Source of the DNA: an uncultured Alphaproteobacteria bacterium | Lineage (GTDB): Bacteria > Pseudomonadota > Alphaproteobacteria > RF32 > CAG-239 | Length of the DNA stretch: 64,000 nucleotides | Direction of reading: 5' to 3' | NCBI GenBank assembly: GCA_944392835.1 | Contig: CALXYB010000009.1 | Coordinates: 3,597-67,596, forward strand | Shown: piece by piece, positions 28,991-38,198 of the stretch | Numbering within the stretch: the stretch's first letter is position 1 | How the letters are laid out: each line of letters begins with the position of its first letter | The notes under the pieces: model-generated | The model's input: the letters and a program-made list of their open reading frames with translations, nothing else | What the model was told of the DNA's origin: nothing | Databases searched by the model: none | Position numbers and translations under genes: made by a program

Positions 28991-30441
28991 TAAAATCCTT
29001 CCGCATCATATTAAGCGTTTTTATTTGTTTATGCCTCTTTGCACCATCGGCATCGGCACAGATTAAATTTGACGTATCCAAAAGTGTTGGAAAAGTAACA
29101 ACAACCGTATCCGGCTGGCTGGAAGTAGCGAAAAAACAAATGGAGCAATCAGCCACTTTGCAAACCATGATTGCGATGGGCAAAGGAGCAGTAGAAACAG
29201 CCAAAAAGCTTAAAACGCTGCAAACTGCTGTAGGAACAGCAGTTTCAGAGACGCAATCGCTGGCAGACAGCACTACAGGTATGGTAAATGATGCTGTTTC
29301 CGGTGTACAAGATGTAGCAGGTGGAGCCGCCGGAGATTTAATGTCTCAAACGGGAGATTCTCAAAAGTTATTTGAACTCAAAGCACAGCAAATGGCATTG
29401 GAAAGCCAAAGAGATGAGGCTATTGCTGCCGCGCAAGATGAACTTAATGGTAAAATAGCTCTAGCAGAAGAAAATATTGCCAAGCTACAAAATATGATAT
29501 CTTGGGAGCCAGATAAGAAGCTTGAGTATGAGTCTCAAATAGCATATTACCAAGGCGAAATAGAAAATTATCAAAAAGAACTGAATACTGTATCAGATAC
29601 TATTACTTCTCAATATCAGCCCCAAATTTCTGCAGTAGAAAGTCAGATTACGGCATTCCGTAATGAGGCTCTTGCCAAGGCAGGTGATGCTGCAGCCGAA
29701 AAACTGGGCTCTTTCTTAAATGGAGGAGACGGCGAGGCTGCCGCAGCAATGAACGAAATGGTAGAAAACAATTTTTTGAAAAAAGATGATGAGGAAACGG
29801 TAGAAAATATTACTCCGCGTAAAATTTACCGTAAAACAACAGCATATAAAGACACTATTGACGCATTTAACAATGCCTGGAAAGTAAAAAAAGTTCGCTA
29901 TGAAAATAGCGAAAAGGCTGGTGAGGTACAACAAGAAGTTCCACAAATGGAAGGCTCTTCATCGGCTTTGGGCATGGATATTCAGCTTAAAGTGGAGAAT
30001 ATCAATGCATTGTTAGAATATACCCGAATGATGGTGCATGATCTTAAAATGAGAACGGCAAACGAGCTGAATAATATGCCTGGTTTCTGGAAATTGAACC
30101 GCTATGATAAGGATGTTACGGAATTTAATTTGGATGATTATATCTTTGAAGAGGAATCAAAAGCTAAAAAGCTACTGGATTTAGCAAAAGATGTAAAAGA
30201 CAAAGGTATAAAAGGAGCCGCAGAAGATATGCTCAACAATGCTACGGGGAACAATAATACAAATGCATCAGGAACGCAGACAACGGATGATCCTCTGGAA
30301 GTCGTTAAATCAGAGTTGCGTAAAGCAAGGTCAAAAAGTGGTAAATATGAGGGGGTTGACGAAGCCGGAGTTCAAGATATTACCCCTGTTAATGTAAATG
30401 AAGAGCTGAGCAGAGCACGCGGCGGGGCTACAGGAGAGTAA
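28987..30441 (+). CDS. Exported coiled-coil protein, VirB5-like paralog 3
   Basis: Signal ASA|QIKFD, shared helical C-domain. Confidence 0.45.
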   Translation: MIKSFRIILSVFICLCLFAPSASAQIKFDVSKSVGKVTTTVSGWLEVAKKQMEQSATLQTMIAMGKGAVETAKKLKTLQTAVGTAVSETQSLADSTTGMVNDAVSGVQDVAGGAAGDLMSQTGDSQKLFELKAQQMALESQRDEAIAAAQDELNGKIALAEENIAKLQNMISWEPDKKLEYESQIAYYQGEIENYQKELNTVSDTITSQYQPQISAVESQITAFRNEALAKAGDAAAEKLGSFLNGGDGEAAAAMNEMVENNFLKKDDEETVENITPRKIYRKTTAYKDTIDAFNNAWKVKKVRYENSEKAGEVQQEVPQMEGSSSALGMDIQLKVENINALLEYTRMMVHDLKMRTANELNNMPGFWKLNRYDKDVTEFNLDDYIFEEESKAKKLLDLAKDVKDKGIKGAAEDMLNNATGNNNTNASGTQTTDDPLEVVKSELRKARSKSGKYEGVDEAGVQDITPVNVNEELSRARGGATGE

Positions 30442-30452
30442 GGAGAGAGAAA

Positions 30453-33400
30453 ATGAAGTACATTTTACGTAAAATATCCGCGATTTCTCTTTGCGTAGCA
30501 ACATCGCTGTGCCTAAGTTATACAAACTCTGATGCATTTATTTATGGTCCATGGTTATGGAATGGTCCGGTTCCTGTCTCAGACCCACCGACTGATGTTA
30601 CTATGACAATAGACTATGTAACACAGGTAGCAAACAATACGACCTCGGCAATAACTAAAGTCAAACAAGAGCAAACAAAACTGGTTAAGTCTGCCAAAGA
30701 GAAGTTGGCCGGAGAAGTTGAAGGTTTTATGCCGACCAAAAAGGAGCGCCAAAAGAAGGAAACAGCTGTTCCGGGAAGCAAAAAAATAGCCAAATGTAAA
30801 ATAGCAGATATAGAAAAGCCCAGTTCGGTAAAGGAGGCTTTTTATAAACTCTTCCTAACGTATCCCTCAGACAAGGTAGACGTTAATGCAGCCTATCGTC
30901 AAAAAGCTAAAGAATTTTATCAAGACACTGTTATAGAAGCTTATGTGGCTTCTAGGGAGTTGGAAAAAGAACTAGATGAATTGGAACAGAAATTCAAAGA
31001 ACTTTCACCCTCTCTCGTAACAGGAGAAAATACCAGCAACGGTGCAGAGGCCGGAGATGATAATAACGGTACTTGGAAGAATGCCTATACCGCCTATGCC
31101 ACCATGAATGAGTTGCTGAAAATAACTGAAGAGCTTGCGGCTATCCGCGCACAACTTGAGGCCGCTTATGCTGTTCAGGAAAGTATTCCGCCCAAAACAA
31201 AGGAAGATAAGAAAAAATCCTCTGGCTTATTTAACCGTGGAAACCTTCAGCTGGCTTCATCTTCCAAACGTTATGGCGGAGAAGTTTTGGCATTTGCACA
31301 GCTGATTGATTTTAATAACAATCAGAAAGTAACCATAAGCAACCAACCAGTTATCAACAGCAACGGAGGCGCATCTATAACTTCATATGCTCAACAAAAG
31401 AAAGCCAAAGCCGTTGAAGCATCTCGTCAACAAGCTATAGGGTTGTTTAGTACACAAAACACCGAAGACGAGCAAACAACATCAACGGATAATGAAGAAG
31501 ATACAGAAGAAACAACAAGCACTCCTTTGATTACTTTTGTAAAAGCACCCAAACCGGAGATAAGTTCTCCATATGAAGGAAACGAAGAAAAATTTGAAGA
31601 GTTAAATAAGTTAGACCCGCTTTATGAAAAAGCGACAAAAGCATTAGAAGTACATAACCTGATACAATCGTTGCCTTCTTACAAAGAGAATGCAAATAAA
31701 TACAATAGGTTTAAGAAACTTCATGACAAATCCGTAGAGATGTTAAGGTTGTCAGATAAATGTGTATTACAATATCTTAATCGTTATTATACAGATCCTG
31801 AAAAAGTTTGGTCCGGTGGTCCGATTTCAGATGAAAACACAGCTAATTATGACTTGCGAAAGGGAATTTCAGCTTGGGCAATAACGGCATTTGAAGTTGC
31901 CAAAGCAGAAAGAACTGCTGGCCTGGACAGCGATGATGGCGTTGTTTCTGAAGTAGATGTCATAGAAACAACAGATATGAGCAAACGCAGTGAAAATGAA
32001 AAAGAATATGAGAAAAAAGTCAAAGAAAAAGATTTGAGTAACCCGAATGATGAAGAAAAAGCCAACGCCATAAACCGTGAAACAGAGCTGGTTGCATGGA
32101 AAATTGGTGCGGAAGCAGCTAAAAAACTTGCAGAAGACCAATATTCCGGCAGTCCTCAATGGGGTAGTGTAAAAACGCCATTCCCGATTTGGAATGACCA
32201 AAAGAATTTCTATAATCAATATATTGACGGCAAATATAATAATATAAAAGAATATTTGGCAGCGCTTCAGTTCAATAATGTTGCTTTGAATATAGCGCAA
32301 GAGCTTAATAATATCTTGACCGAAGATCCTGAGGTTAGAGCGTATAACGCCAATGAACTTGGAAAATTAGCGGGCTATGTCAGCGAAGATGATAATTCGG
32401 ATGATGAAGAAAATAATGCGGTAACAGAGGTTGCCGAACAAAAGAAAGCGGCTATGGATAATGCTTTGAAGGCAAGAGATAATGCGCTAAAACCTCTGGA
32501 AGAGCAAAGAGATAGCATTAAGGCTGATATAGATAAGCAGGTTGAAATACTAAATAGCTTTAATGAGCGCATCAACCAGCTTAAACAAGGGAAAATGAGC
32601 GCCCAATCAGAAACAGAAGATATGCAGGTTTTGCTTGATCAGGCTGATGACGTTGCGGCATATGGCAGAGCTAACGGAGAAGAAGATACCGGAGATTCGC
32701 CTGCACAGAGCTTTGCCAAGGAAAGCATTAAAGAAAGCCAAGCGGATGAAGCTGCCGCAGGCCCAGAAATAGAAAAGTATCAGGCCTTGGCTAAAACGCA
32801 AGAAGAGAAAATCAACAAATTAAAAGCACAATTAAGCGAAGTAGAGGAACAAATACAAAAGGTAAAAGAGGACTATGTCCGTAAGGTTCAAGAACTTGAA
32901 GAACAATTTGCTGCTGCGCTTGAGGCTGCAAAAGAAAAGGTTAAAGAAAGCAAAGCAATTAAGGCTGCCAAAACACTATTAAGTATTTATCGTGAAAGCG
33001 TAGAACGTCCTGTTGTTGGCGATCTTATAGGGACAGCCTCTGTCAAAGGAATTATCAGTAAAGCGGAAGGCTTAATCGGGGATACCAAAAACTATGCTGT
33101 TGAGGCAGTAGAAAAGGCCAGAGAAGACATTTATAAATTGGGCAATGACTTATACCTGCCCAAGAGTTCATCAATGGTTGTTAAACGCCACTCAGAGTTA
33201 ATGAAGGAACTACAAAACATTCCACCCGAGAAGTTGATGAGCGCAATATCGTCGCTAAACGAACTTGGCAGTACCTCTGGTGTTACGCAAGCGCTGACGA
33301 CGCTTTTCCAAAAAGTTGTAACTCAAAAAGCCTGTGCTGATGGACGCTGCGATGTCGCAGATGAGGAATATTTTATTGGATTGTTGCCGAAAGATAAAGA

Positions 33401-34721
33401 CTTTGCCGCACCTAAAGCTGCACCAGAAACATATATGCCGCCTCTCAGAGAGGTAGTTCGCTTTGATGGCGTTAATTATGATAACATACCCCAAACAGCT
33501 GATGGTATTGTTACAAAGAAGGACTTTTTGAACTATGGTGAAGAGATACCGCTTATTTGGCAAAAAATACTTCAAGACGATATCTTTGTAGAGCAAGGAG
33601 CAAACTTATCCGCAATTTTAGATGCCGGAAGTGGACGAGAATCAAGCTTTATGCGCGGAGGTAGATATCCTTGTGTTCCTGAAGAGTTTATAACAGAAAA
33701 AGAATATAAAGTTATAGATATAGATCCTTACGATGGCCAATATATGGTCATAAGAAAACTCTTAGTTTCCGATGAAGGAGAAGAAGGAAGCGTTGGCGGA
33801 AACAACAATAGTGCAGCCAACATTGCTACACGAGAATTTCTGAAGAAACTAGGCGTTTATGTTGAAGATAAAGAAAACCAAACAGGCAGTTTTGGGTCTT
33901 TAGTTAATGTAGAAAATCTGCCAAAATGCCAAGAAATAAAGCTTATAGAAAATGGCGGATTAGGTCTCAAGTTTTACTATACAATCAGAGACATTGAAGC
34001 AGATGCGGAAGGCCCGGCAGCAGTTCAACCGCAAGAAAGTATGGGTAACCCGAGCGAGCTGGGAACTTTGCTTAAAGCTGTTGAAAATGGTGGCCTACGC
34101 TTTGCTGACAAGCCCTTAGAAGTATTTGAACGGTTAAAGAGTATTGAAGAAGAAAGTACAAACAGCAATGAAGAATATGAAACAAATTTAAAAGATGAAA
34201 TATTTGCCAATGCAACTTATAACATTAATCAGATTGGCGATTTCTTAAACTTTGTTGAAGTTGAAACGACTTATCGTCAAGCTCTTGAGGAGCTAGCAGC
34301 AAGCTTAAAAGAAGCAAATGATATGTTAAGAGAACAACTGACAGAGGCAGGATTTACGCCGTCAGATGATTTTGATATCTCTAATGAAGATGACTATGAG
34401 TTGGCCCGCAACAACCTGGATATGTTCAAAAATGAGTTGGTTGAAGAAGGATTTGAGGGAATAGATGGTGTCAATGCAAGCGATAATGAGGTTGTGGAAG
34501 AAAGATTGAATAAAATTAAACGTATATTTACCGCTTTGCGTAAAGATAAAGACGAACTTCTTTCTCTTAACGAAAATTCTCCGTCAGACAGCGAACTTGA
34601 TGAGCAAATTAAGACAGAAGAAACAAATAAGAGCGTTGTTGGCGAGTATGACAAAGAAGTAGAAGAAGAATTTCAAAAACAGTTAAATAACTTCAAACGA
34701 CCGTTCTGTGCGGCATATTGA
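30453..34721 (+). CDS. Very large (1422 aa) exported protein with N-terminal VirB5-like domain and coiled coils
   Basis: Signal peptide, PVPVSD, YRQKAKEFYQDTVIEAY...NELLKITEELAAIRAQLEA domain, long coiled coil. Confidence 0.45.
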   Translation: MKYILRKISAISLCVATSLCLSYTNSDAFIYGPWLWNGPVPVSDPPTDVTMTIDYVTQVANNTTSAITKVKQEQTKLVKSAKEKLAGEVEGFMPTKKERQKKETAVPGSKKIAKCKIADIEKPSSVKEAFYKLFLTYPSDKVDVNAAYRQKAKEFYQDTVIEAYVASRELEKELDELEQKFKELSPSLVTGENTSNGAEAGDDNNGTWKNAYTAYATMNELLKITEELAAIRAQLEAAYAVQESIPPKTKEDKKKSSGLFNRGNLQLASSSKRYGGEVLAFAQLIDFNNNQKVTISNQPVINSNGGASITSYAQQKKAKAVEASRQQAIGLFSTQNTEDEQTTSTDNEEDTEETTSTPLITFVKAPKPEISSPYEGNEEKFEELNKLDPLYEKATKALEVHNLIQSLPSYKENANKYNRFKKLHDKSVEMLRLSDKCVLQYLNRYYTDPEKVWSGGPISDENTANYDLRKGISAWAITAFEVAKAERTAGLDSDDGVVSEVDVIETTDMSKRSENEKEYEKKVKEKDLSNPNDEEKANAINRETELVAWKIGAEAAKKLAEDQYSGSPQWGSVKTPFPIWNDQKNFYNQYIDGKYNNIKEYLAALQFNNVALNIAQELNNILTEDPEVRAYNANELGKLAGYVSEDDNSDDEENNAVTEVAEQKKAAMDNALKARDNALKPLEEQRDSIKADIDKQVEILNSFNERINQLKQGKMSAQSETEDMQVLLDQADDVAAYGRANGEEDTGDSPAQSFAKESIKESQADEAAAGPEIEKYQALAKTQEEKINKLKAQLSEVEEQIQKVKEDYVRKVQELEEQFAAALEAAKEKVKESKAIKAAKTLLSIYRESVERPVVGDLIGTASVKGIISKAEGLIGDTKNYAVEAVEKAREDIYKLGNDLYLPKSSSMVVKRHSELMKELQNIPPEKLMSAISSLNELGSTSGVTQALTTLFQKVVTQKACADGRCDVADEEYFIGLLPKDKDFAAPKAAPETYMPPLREVVRFDGVNYDNIPQTADGIVTKKDFLNYGEEIPLIWQKILQDDIFVEQGANLSAILDAGSGRESSFMRGGRYPCVPEEFITEKEYKVIDIDPYDGQYMVIRKLLVSDEGEEGSVGGNNNSAANIATREFLKKLGVYVEDKENQTGSFGSLVNVENLPKCQEIKLIENGGLGLKFYYTIRDIEADAEGPAAVQPQESMGNPSELGTLLKAVENGGLRFADKPLEVFERLKSIEEESTNSNEEYETNLKDEIFANATYNINQIGDFLNFVEVETTYRQALEELAASLKEANDMLREQLTEAGFTPSDDFDISNEDDYELARNNLDMFKNELVEEGFEGIDGVNASDNEVVEERLNKIKRIFTALRKDKDELLSLNENSPSDSELDEQIKTEETNKSVVGEYDKEVEEEFQKQLNNFKRPFCAAY

Positions 34722-34731
34722 TAGAAACAAG

Positions 34732-35490
34732 ATGAGCGAAAATAACAATATTTTGGAAGGCACGAAAATTCTTTCTTTAACTGATGCCAACGGGCATCAG
34801 AGAGAGTTTGTCAGAGAAGCTGAAAAAGAAGCTGAGGGCTTTAAGCTAAAATATTATATGTGGCTTTCACGCTTGTTTATCTTTTTTTCGGTAATTTCGC
34901 TTGGCGTTTTTATGAGTTCATCTTTAGCTCTGTTTAAGCTAGCCCCGCAAGTCAGTGTGGAACCGTTTCTCATCATCAAGCAAGATACCTCGGATGGCAT
35001 TGTAAGATATGAGCCTATATCATATACGATGGCCTCAAAAAATCAGTTAATGGAAACATTTGTACGCCAATATGTTTTATTACGTAATACGATTATCGCA
35101 GACGAAAAAGAGATGCAAACACGCTGGTTTCCTGGCGGAATGATGAACTTTTTATCATCAGATTACGTCTTCGGACAATTTTCAACTTATAGGGACAGTG
35201 TCTGGAGCCGCATAATAGATGCCGAGATGGTCAGAGAGGTTGAAATTATATCAATAGGTAAGCTTGGTGGTGAAAAAAGTCCGGTATGGAAAGTTGATTT
35301 TAAAACCTATGATTTATCAACCAATATGCGTAACCAAAATACCCGAGCATTAATTCTAAGCACTCGCTATTGGACAGCGTCAGTAACGGCATATTTCTTG
35401 CGCGGAAGAGAGTTTGTAGGCTTGCGCTTGATTAATCCGATAGGTTTTACCGTAACCCGCTATTCTCAAACCGAGGTAGAAATATACTAA
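34732..35490 (+). CDS. virB8: VirB8-family protein, copy 1
   Basis: TM, VEPFLI, FVRQYVLLRN, INPIGFTVTRY. Confidence 0.85.
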   Translation: MSENNNILEGTKILSLTDANGHQREFVREAEKEAEGFKLKYYMWLSRLFIFFSVISLGVFMSSSLALFKLAPQVSVEPFLIIKQDTSDGIVRYEPISYTMASKNQLMETFVRQYVLLRNTIIADEKEMQTRWFPGGMMNFLSSDYVFGQFSTYRDSVWSRIIDAEMVREVEIISIGKLGGEKSPVWKVDFKTYDLSTNMRNQNTRALILSTRYWTASVTAYFLRGREFVGLRLINPIGFTVTRYSQTEVEIY

Positions 35491-35599
35491 AACATTGTTG
35501 ATAAGTTGGGGATTTTGGCTCAATGGGGTTAGACTTTTAAAATAAAAAAGTTTAAGTTCATAATATCTATACGCGTATAAAGATATAAGGATAAAAGCC

Positions 35600-35788
35600 A
35601 TGTGCAAAAAATTTATTATGTTATTTGTGTTGCTTATGCTCACGGCATGCGGCATTTTCGGCTCATATTATGAGGCTGAGCCAGTTGGTGTAGGTAAAGG
35701 TGTGGACGAATTGAAGTTGTCTCCCTGTGCTTGCCTTCAAGTGGAGCTTCCTAAAAACTTACCGGATTGGTTCATTGAGACGATTTAA
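35600..35788 (+). CDS. virB7: VirB7-like lipoprotein (Rickettsiales RvhB7-like)
   Basis: 62 aa, lipobox LTAC, LKLSPCAC motif, located between two virB8 genes. Confidence 0.7.
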   Translation: MCKKFIMLFVLLMLTACGIFGSYYEAEPVGVGKGVDELKLSPCACLQVELPKNLPDWFIETI

Positions 35789-35807
35789 TTAATGCGGAAA
35801 GAAAAGT

Positions 35808-36536
35808 ATGCCAAACCAACTGGAAGGAAATAACACACAACAAAAGCTGATTGGCGGCGCTGCTCCAAGGGTGAAAAGACAGCCGCGGTCAGAAGATGTT
35901 TTCGTCGCAAACGTCGGAGAAAAAAGATATCTTTGGACGGCACGCGCATTCGCTATTATCACAGCCATAAGTTTGTGCTGCAACATCGTCCTGTTGTTGG
36001 CTATTGCTCAAGTTTTACCTTTGTACCGAGTAGAGCCCTTTCTGTTAACTTTCCAAAATAAAGAAGAACAGGTTTATAATATTCAGCCGATTAGAGGCCG
36101 AATGGAGGATCAGAAAGCTATTACGGAAGTGTTTGTCCGGCAGTATGTTTTATTGCGTAGCTCTTTTGATAGGGATGTTCAGGAAATGGAAGCACGCTGG
36201 ATGCCCGGCGGTCCTGTTCAGGAGATGTCTTCTTCTGCCGTATATACGGAGTTTTTGGAAAAAACAGCTAAAAAGGCTTTGGATTTAATTCGGGCTCGTT
36301 CTCTGCAGCGTAACGTTCGTATTTTAACAGTTAATGAGCTCGGACGAGGCTTGTGGCAAGTAGAATACGAAACTCAAGATATGTATCCGGATTCTCCCGC
36401 GCCGGAAGTTAACTATTGGACGGCGTCATTACGTATTGTATATTCACGGAAGAGTGTGAAGTATGGTGAGCGATTGAAAAATCCGGTTGGATTTACGGTT
36501 GTAAGATATTCATTAACGTATAATAAGGTTAAGTAG
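35808..36536 (+). CDS. virB8: VirB8-family protein, copy 2
   Basis: PLYRVEPFLL, FVRQYVLLRS, KNPVGFTVVRY. Confidence 0.88.
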   Translation: MPNQLEGNNTQQKLIGGAAPRVKRQPRSEDVFVANVGEKRYLWTARAFAIITAISLCCNIVLLLAIAQVLPLYRVEPFLLTFQNKEEQVYNIQPIRGRMEDQKAITEVFVRQYVLLRSSFDRDVQEMEARWMPGGPVQEMSSSAVYTEFLEKTAKKALDLIRARSLQRNVRILTVNELGRGLWQVEYETQDMYPDSPAPEVNYWTASLRIVYSRKSVKYGERLKNPVGFTVVRYSLTYNKVK

Positions 36537-36557
36537 GTTTTATAAGGTGTTCAAATA

Positions 36558-38198
36558 ATGATTTTACGGTCGGCTAAAATATTTGTTCTGTTTACATTAC
36601 TATTAATGGCGGGATACGCTGAGGCGCAGACTACCATGAACAGCCTTGATCAAAATGCAGATCAAAGTCAGGGACAATATATGCCGATGAACTTGGGTTA
36701 TGCCGGTTTTAATTCTTTGGGAATGATTCAAAGTGCATGGCTGGATCCAATGCAAAATTTGGGCGAAGGGCAAAGCAAACCTGCTTATTCTAAATACTAT
36801 TGGTCTCCGGATTTGGTTTTGCCTATACGTTTGCGCGAAGGTATGATGACTTTGATTAACTTTCCAAAATGGGAGCTGATTGAAGATATTTATATTGGTG
36901 ATAATGCAACTTTTGACGGACAAATTTCCGGCCCGAATACTTTATTGCTCTATCCGAGAAAAGGAGCCAATGTCGGTGTGGATACCAATGTTATCGTTTT
37001 CGGCCGTTCAGGAAATAAATATGTTTTCTACGTAAAGAGTGAAGGTGTTAATACCGAGCGTTTAACAAACTCTATTATTGATATAGAGGTTATAGACGGG
37101 CCTTCTGGTTCAGGAGGAGCAGGAGCATCAAGTGCAAGGACATCATCTTTAGGCGGAAGTTATGGTGTTAACGCTAGTCATTATAATCGCGGAGGTTCGG
37201 GAAATTCAGTGGATTCAACTTTTACCAGGCGTTTTCAAATGGCAGACTGGATAAAAAGCATTCCGCTTGACCCAAGCAAATTTCGCTTTGATATAGAAAT
37301 TTATGTTCCCAATCCTGATGACGTTGTTATTGCACCGGAACGAGTATGGCGCGATGACATTTTCACATATATTGATTTAGGCGAAAAAGCTTTGAATATG
37401 ACTCAAAGACCGATTGTAACTTTGATTGTAGAAAGAATTGAGGTTCCGGTGGGCTTCAGAACTAAAGGCCCCAATAATCGTTTGATTATTGTTGAGGGAA
37501 TAGGAGATATGGTCTTGCGTAACGGCAAGAGAATTGTATGCCTCAAAATGCGTCGTTCAGATGATGCTGGTTTGGAAGATGCAACTTATGCTACCGACTT
37601 TGAAAATAACCGTTGGGACGTTCCTCCGGCATTACCTGGAGGTGAGGGAGCTCAGGGAAATATGGGCGGAAATGGTAGCAGCGAATTTGAGGGCAATAAC
37701 CCGTCTGTCAGATATGAAGGGGGCTTTGGTAATGTTCCCGGACAATATGATGTTCAGCTTGGAAACGGCGAAATGATAGTTCCGGCCGGAGGTAATGGAG
37801 GAAACAGCGGAAATTATCCCGGAGGAGACGGTTTTGACTATTCTAAGATGCAACGTATCCGCAACAACAATCATTATGATGCCGGAGTGCAAAATATGAC
37901 GCAGAGATATGGTTATGGAAGCGGATTTACGGGAGAAGGCTCCAACATTTCAATTGAGTTAGGAACAGATGCTGATGTTTCTAATCTGGAGCGCTTGTGG
38001 GATAACCTATCCAATAAATATCCGGATGTCTTAGGTGTATATCAGCCATTTTTCTCTGTTGATACGCCGGCGGATGGTCAGGGTAAAGAATTATTCCATT
38101 TGCGCGTAGGTCCGGTAAAATCTTTAGATGCCGGAGATACGGCTTGTAGCAGATTAGGAAGAAACGGTGTATTTTGTAGCGTGGTCAGAACTCAATGA
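36558..38198 (+). CDS. virB9: VirB9/TrbG outer-membrane core protein with C-terminal SPOR domain
   Basis: TLINFPKWELI..IYIGD, TNVIV, IAPERVWRDDIFTYI, MVLRNGKRIVC; C-terminal ELG...LW..L...LRVGP...C..L......C. Confidence 0.85.
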   Translation: MILRSAKIFVLFTLLLMAGYAEAQTTMNSLDQNADQSQGQYMPMNLGYAGFNSLGMIQSAWLDPMQNLGEGQSKPAYSKYYWSPDLVLPIRLREGMMTLINFPKWELIEDIYIGDNATFDGQISGPNTLLLYPRKGANVGVDTNVIVFGRSGNKYVFYVKSEGVNTERLTNSIIDIEVIDGPSGSGGAGASSARTSSLGGSYGVNASHYNRGGSGNSVDSTFTRRFQMADWIKSIPLDPSKFRFDIEIYVPNPDDVVIAPERVWRDDIFTYIDLGEKALNMTQRPIVTLIVERIEVPVGFRTKGPNNRLIIVEGIGDMVLRNGKRIVCLKMRRSDDAGLEDATYATDFENNRWDVPPALPGGEGAQGNMGGNGSSEFEGNNPSVRYEGGFGNVPGQYDVQLGNGEMIVPAGGNGGNSGNYPGGDGFDYSKMQRIRNNNHYDAGVQNMTQRYGYGSGFTGEGSNISIELGTDADVSNLERLWDNLSNKYPDVLGVYQPFFSVDTPADGQGKELFHLRVGPVKSLDAGDTACSRLGRNGVFCSVVRTQ

